Below, piece after piece: positions 19,576-21,676 of a DNA stretch of 21,676 nucleotides (within the stretch, counting starts at the first letter, position 1; the number at the start of each line of letters is the position of its first letter). The notes under the pieces were generated by a model. The model was not told where the DNA came from and did not search any database. It saw nothing but the letters and a program-made list of their open reading frames with translations. Origin of the DNA: Eremomyces bilateralis CBS 781.70 (lineage: Eukaryota); assembly GCA_010015585.1 (NCBI GenBank), contig ML975180.1; one strand, given 5' to 3'. The position numbers and the translations under genes are program-made.

Positions 19576-20960
19576 GTGGCTGGAGTGACATCACACCCGG
19601 AATACAGTATCCAACCCATCAACCGAACCGAACTGAAGACCTCAACTCATCAATTCACCTCGCGTTTTCGAAAATTAACTTCCCGTTCGATTCCTGTTCA
19701 ATTTCCACAACCTTGGTGCCGAGTTAAGTACTGTGGTTCCTGAAAGCAAGGTCCGACTGACAGACATGGCTGATCTCACTGATCTCACTGGCTCAACAAT
19801 GATCTCCCTCCCATCAATTACACCAAGTTCCATCATTAGCGATTGCTTGCGTGTTTATCGTGAATAACCCCGATTAAAATCAAGAAAATTGGCCGTCTTG
19901 TCTTCTTGTCATTGGTGCCTTGCGATTATTGTCCCCCTGCTTTCGCTTTCTTGTTGGGTTAGAAACGTACTACGATATTGTCCGTGTCCCTCCGTGAGAG
20001 CTCTCATTTATCGACCATCAAAGAGTTGGAAAGAAATGTATAGACACCGTGCTATCAGAGGTAGTCATATGTTTGGGAAAGATGTCAAGTCATACTCGAT
20101 ATTACTACGATATATTAAGTTGACCACAAATGACACCGATCATGCTCATAAGCAGTAGTCCTTCTTTATGGCTCTCCGCCCGCATCCTAAATGATTAAAT
20201 GCCTCTTATGCACCACGATGTCGAGCTCCTGGTCTGACATGATCAGTGTTTTTTAGTGATACAAGTATACAACCATCCGGGGTTAAGATACAAGTCTTCA
20301 AGTCATAAATTGGTAATGAACACAGAAAATACACGTCCCAACACAAATCCAACGCATCAAATTGCTATTTGCTTCGATAATCCCTCATTTCATTCTGGTT
20401 GTTAAAACAACTTGCAACTCTCTGTCATCGTGCATAACTGCAGTCTGCAACGTCAAATTGTCAACAGTCAACACAACGCAGCTTACATAAGTCCCCATGT
20501 CATATCATTCATGTGGCCTAATTAGGGCAGTCCAAATGAGCTCATCTGGATTAAATGATGAATTACGGAGGAATCTCATAAAAGGTGGCAGTAATGGGCT
20601 CGTGCATTGCTGATTCATCATGATGAGTCATGTAACCTGCCTTCTTTATGAAGAATTGAGGATTGAAGCTATGTATATACACGTCCATTCCTGCTATGGT
20701 TTGGTTATTTAAGCGATGAAAATGTTGATTACAAGACTATATACAGTTGGAGAGAGCTTTACGAATGGGTAGAATCCACAAATACCGATGTGAGTGCCTA
20801 AGGCACCCACATTTGGTAATGCTATACCTAATTGGGCTAGTATTTATGAGAGCATTTATGAGCGCTAGAGATAAATCGGGTTAGATTTCATGAAGACTTT
20901 ATGAGGACGGCGTGCCCTAATTATTGTGGCCAGTCGGTGGCTCGCTGCCCAAAAGCCCAA

Positions 20961-21676
20961 GGTGACTACAGTTCGGCTGACCTCGAAAAAGGTTCGGCTG
21001 ACCTCACGTGACCCATTTCATCACCTAGAAAGTTCATCTAACCAAATTCGGAGGTCAGTTGAGCTTCATCAACAAATCCTATACTAAGATTTAATATATC
21101 ACTATTGTTAGCTCCTTCGACTGAAGTTTGAAGCGTATCTCGATGTCTTGTCCAATTTATGAGTCAAAGCATATATTCTACTGACGTCGCTGTCTCTTGT
21201 GCGGGCTAAGTCCTTTCCAAGCATTTGAAGCCCTCTCTGCTGCAGCCCTCTTCGGACGCTGTCTGCGCACATCCTGAGACCTAGAAATAAAATTTTGAGC
21301 ACCGACTTGTGCAAATCTTTCGGCGTAGAAATCATTCATATCTCCAAAGTGATAATTCCATGCCATTGTTGGAGTGCAGGAAGTATACACTCCCCTTGTA
21401 GCGAGAGCCATATTCCGTGCTTCCATCAGTTCTATCGGGTCATTTTCCTGCCCCGTCTCTGCCAAAAAATTGGTCACTGTGCCAAAGTTACTACAGTTAT
21501 ATAGTACAGGCTGAAGCCGTCGACGTTCGATATCAGTAAAGAACTCTTCTAACGACGGAGGTTGCCAAGTAGGCTGTAGAGGGGATCGAGCCATAGGAAT
21601 AGGCACAGTAACAGAGACTGGTAAAGACGAATAAGATAGAATAGGGGAAGATATAGGGGCAGGTGTAGGGGTCAAC
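20961..21676 (-). mobile_element. Probable terminus of a DNA transposon (possibly MULE-like) continuing beyond the window
   Basis: 14-bp direct repeat GTTCGGCTGACCTC at 20971-20984 and 20992-21005, followed by CACGTGAC, and a degenerate inverted copy (GAGGTCAGTTGAGC) near 21050-21063. This lies about 200 bp downstream of the stop of an intronless ORF that runs off the window. The partner TIR is not visible, so the exact boundary (about 20961-20969) is uncertain. Confidence 0.5.
21178..21676 (-). CDS. 3' end of a truncated ORF, putative transposase C-terminal tail
   Basis: Open for at least 165 codons from the window edge. Pro/Ser linker, then PPSLEEF...ETGQEND..EL..ARNMAL...CTP.MAWNYHFGD...FYAERFAQV, ending in a basic NLS-like RPKRAAAERA...HKRQRRQ. 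It resembles my recollection of fungal MULE transposase tails (not verified). No catalytic domain is inside the window. Confidence 0.5.
   Translation of the reverse strand, partial: LTPTPAPISSPILSYSSLPVSVTVPIPMARSPLQPTWQPPSLEEFFTDIERRRLQPVLYNCSNFGTVTNFLAETGQENDPIELMEARNMALATRGVYTSCTPTMAWNYHFGDMNDFYAERFAQVGAQNFISRSQDVRRQRPKRAAAERASNAWKGLSPHKRQRRQ

Overview
Eukaryotic DNA, most likely from a filamentous ascomycete, judged by short GT..AG introns of 47-71 nt with CTAAC/CTGAC-type branch sites and by fungal gene families. Four complete intron-containing genes can be reconstructed by hand: (1) a full-size PDR/ABCG efflux transporter (+, 2446-7388, 5 exons, 1581 aa); (2) a yeast-type (YAT/APC) amino-acid permease (+, 13507-15439, 4 exons, 579 aa); (3) a secreted protein with 12 x 11-aa P/V/I/T repeats, a tandem 6-Cys module and a duplicated acidic 33-aa tail (-, 17694-16332, 2 exons, 437 aa, longer than the ORF track shows); (4) a DNAJC9-type J-domain protein (-, 19354-18370, 2 exons, 310 aa) with a tight cluster of MCB boxes upstream. 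A 388-bp MITE-like element lies about 1.6 kb upstream of the ABC transporter. The window ends inside a probable DNA transposon (3' end of a transposase-like ORF plus a repeat-containing terminus). The 6.1-kb gap at 7389-13506 has no convincing gene, only minisatellites and possible decayed gene fragments. I cannot support a new multi-gene system here; the best novelty candidate is the secreted repeat/Cys-module protein.
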